Below the pieces are notes generated by a model. It was not told where the DNA came from, did no database searches, and was given only the letters and a program-made list of their open reading frames with translations. Position numbers and translations under genes: made by a program. Below, in pieces: positions 60,895 to 64,000 of a stretch of DNA of 64,000 bases. Location of the stretch: assembly GCA_045837725.1 (NCBI GenBank), contig JBEWZL010000236.1, forward strand, positions 186,001-250,000. The letters run 5' to 3'. Each line of letters opens with the position of its first letter. The first letter of the stretch is position 1. Origin of the DNA: Vermamoeba vermiformis (lineage: Eukaryota).

Positions 60895-62866
60895 TTAATC
60901 GTCGGATATTTGCACGACTGTAATCACGTGCTTGTTTTGTTTGGCTCGTTTTGTAATTTCATCCACAATTTCATCCATTTTTGGTGATTCATAATATTCC
61001 TCGGTTTTATCTTTGAATCTACAGTAGTATTAATATACATTTCATTGCACTCTAGTTAAAATACATCTACTTACGTGATCGTGAAGAAATTGTTCTGCGT
61101 GTATTTGGTCAATTTTTCAATCTCGGTGTACCTGAACTGACCGCGCGTAGAATTGCTCTTCGGCAATAATCGCGAGAACGAATCTTTTTCGAGTCTGAGA
61201 ATACGAACTTGTTCTATATATAACACTTCATAATTAGTATCACGTGGACAGAATTATCAAGGTCACTTACGTCTCCAATACCAATTTGTTCGCAACACTG
61301 TGTATTCAACAGCTTCACTGCTGGTCTGATAGGGCGTTAGTAAATGCGTTGTAATTGCTTCAAATGTTGCATACCTCCTCATTTGGCACGGGTCCCTTGA
61401 CTTCGTGTTTGGGTTTTGACGATGAACCGTACCACCAGTCAGCTAGTCTCTTGGCGCCAGGTCCAATCAACGTCTCGACAGTGTTGACAGTCTTGCTGAA
61501 CAGCGTCATATTGTTTTGTAAGTCTTTGTTCGCAGAACCAGTCTTGTCATCTGCTGTGACACGCAGATCTGACGAAGATCCAGAACTTGATGGTGGCACC
61601 ACAAAGCTCTTATTCTCCGGAGAATAATCGTTGATGAGATCTACATCACAATTAGAACTATTGCATCAAGGTGAATTGACGTGACTTACCAGGACTTGGC
61701 ATGACATTAGTGGAGTTCGGGATGGCTATGCCTTGACGTGGCGGTGAAGTCGAGAATGAATATCTTCTGTGCGGCGTGTGCGTGCCTGAGCGCGGACTTT
61801 CTTCTTCGTCGGAAAATTCATCGACCGTAATTTCTGTCAGACCGGTCAACGAATCGTAACCCTTGATTTTACTCGACTCATATCTGCAAACGTATCGTTA
61901 GGCATATTATGGTATTATAGTATATGATAGTATCAGGGACCTAGTACATACTCTAATAGTTTTTTCAAGTTGATCTTGTCTTCTTCTTTGGGAGCAGCGG
62001 GTACAACCTCGTTGCGCGGAGGAGAACTTGAAAGGCTAACAGAGTTTGTATTAGATCCTGCACTGTTTTTTCGAGGAGGAGTGGGCTGATTTTGAGCGAT
62101 ATTAACATTCTTGACTAAAACATTGGTGTTGTTCGAGCTGGAATTAGGTCCATCCGAGATCGTCAACTTTTCGACATCCAATCCCGTGCTCTCGACGCCA
62201 GATGTTCGTAAATCTAAAATTAAAAATATTATGGATTAATATTTTTAAATACTCGAAGCTCCTTTAAACATAAGAATTGCTTTTGTAAATTTTTGCGAGC
62301 GGATCTCGTGATCCATTCAATGCTCCTTCCATAAATTGCTCTTAATATTTACCTGCATTAACATGCTCTTTTATCCATGCCGCCAAATCGTCCACAGACT
62401 GAACAGATATGTTAATCGGAGATCACGACGAAATTTTGCTCGCATAAATTAATATTTTTTGTAAGCGCAGAATAATATAAATTTGATATGAAAATATTTT
62501 ATATTAATTCTTAGCGCCAAATTTATCATTAATAAAAGTATAGAAAAGGTCTGGCTAATTCTAAACTGCAAAAAAAAAATTGGATCTTACCCCAATAGGA
62601 ACGTCATCCAAAAATATAATAGGAAATCCTTTCTTAAGACTCCTATCGCCTTTTTCTGATAATACTTTTTGCTGGATCTTTTCACGAAGACTAAGATTAT
62701 TCGTAAGATCGACTTCTTTGACTTTCTTGCCTTCAATTCCAACACTTTTTAATAGCTCCTTTGCAGTCTTCATATTTTGAATGACTTTAGGGGTCACATT
62801 AATTCTCATGAGATACAGGGTGGCGGTACCACCTAATCCCGAAGATCGACCTTGTGCTTCGTCCAT
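60895..62866 (-). CDS. Glutaredoxin/SH3BGR-like N-terminal domain plus C-terminal PH-like domain protein
   Basis: KEVDL...FPIIFLDDVPIG, a S/P-rich linker and a C-terminal YTVLRTNWYWR...RILRL PH-like block. Confidence 0.55.
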
Positions 62867-63064
62867 TGTATTTTACGATAGCTAGAAGTATCTAAATATA
62901 TCGTATCTATGGTGCTCTTCTAGTATAGCGTAAGTTTAAGAATTAGAATTAGTTCGCTGCTTATAAATTCTTTGGTTTGACCAAAGTTTGACCGGATCTG
63001 ATCCATTTTAGGCCAGCTGTCTTTACTTGTTGTTTTTTTATTTACAAAATTAAATTAAATTAAA

Positions 63065-64000
63065 TTAATCGTCGGCAAGCATTTGCAATCCTCGTTTGTT
63101 GATGCTTTGTACCAGATCTTCAACACTGTTCAGGAGCATCACATTCAGCGCTGTTTCCATAGTATTCTTAATCTTGGTTGAGAACAACTTCATTAAGATA
63201 TTATACAGCCAGGCAGCCTTAACAAACATTAGGACAAATGAATCGTATACAACAAATAGTAAGGCCTTACCTTTGCCTCTTTAATGTAGATCTCGATGCC
63301 ATTTACTTTGATATTCAAATTGTTAACTTTAATGCTCGGAATTCCCATGATCGGAGACACGACGTCAAAGATCAACTTGATCTCGCCTCCCTACCCAAGC
63401 GTTAGCTGTATGTAATATCAAGATATGTTCATGAACGTACAAGTATCTTGGCCGACGCTTGACCTTCGTCTGAGAGGTTAGGAAATGCTAATTGACGGTA
63501 CGCCCAATTCAGTGAGACCACGTGCGCAGTCCATTTTTTCACTGAACGAAGGAAAAAGTTAGCGTCGGAGCAACTTCCGAGAAGCGTGTAATGTTACCTT
63601 CAATTTCTAATTTGGTCGACGTGAAATTGACTATCACATCGTCAGGGTCCACTATTGTCTCGTCCTCTGGCTGTCGCAGCACCATGTCATTCACCAAATA
63701 ATTCACTTCTCCGATCGGCGTTGCCGTGACATCCCTGAACAATTTCAATTAACATATTGCCTTATATGGTAATAATACGTACTCGAACTCGTTCTCAATG
63801 TCGCCTATGTCAAATTGGTCTTCCAAGAAGGTCAATATCTCCGTCTTGATCGCCAGTTTAATGTCATCAACATCTTGGTGCGCGACTGCTCTGAAGAACG
63901 AAATCAAGGAGTTCTGTGACTCTTGTTCAAATCGTTGTTGAATCTCCATTTTCAATGCTTCAGACAACTTTTGATATTCGGGCGATTCAATCACTTCGTT
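63065..64000 (-). CDS. 3' part of a TULIP/BPI-like (HAM1-like) lipid-binding protein; 5' end lies outside the window
   Basis: Beta-rich segment (WAYRQLAFPNLSDEG, IKVNNLNIKVNGIEI) followed by the helix AAWLYNILMKLFSTKIK. Confidence 0.5.

Noticed and set aside
1-64000. CRISPR arrays, rRNA, intact transposase or reverse transcriptase, selenoprotein with in-frame UGA
   Set aside because: None recognised by eye; a SECIS or repeat search could still find weak cases.

Overview
Gene-dense eukaryotic DNA with many short AT-rich spliceosomal introns and the standard genetic code (TAA, TAG and TGA all end genes here). The gene content, such as RWP-RK, SBP2 and a C2/PH RasGAP, suggests a free-living protist, possibly an amoebozoan; this is inference. 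The window holds about 30 protein genes and four tRNA genes. Each tRNA lies in sense orientation inside a 3'-terminal or near-terminal intron of a protein gene. The top finding is an otherwise intact eRF1 (class-1 release factor) gene interrupted right after its NIKS motif by CTT-TAA-C. A +1 shift restores the eRF1 frame, and an 8-bp stem-loop follows 12 nt later. This resembles the autoregulatory CUU-UGA-C +1 frameshift of bacterial RF2, but in a eukaryotic nuclear gene. Other points of interest: an AdoMetDC leader with an antizyme-like UCC-UGA uORF and an intron-split start codon; a Pol-beta nucleotidyltransferase fused to a degenerate Rnl1-type RNA ligase, next to a pseudo-PARP; a CCDC93-N/enoyl-reductase fusion; a mini R-SNARE-like ORF; and a recurring TGACAC[CG]TGTCA palindrome. 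Gene boundaries were worked out by eye and internal exons are not all resolved.
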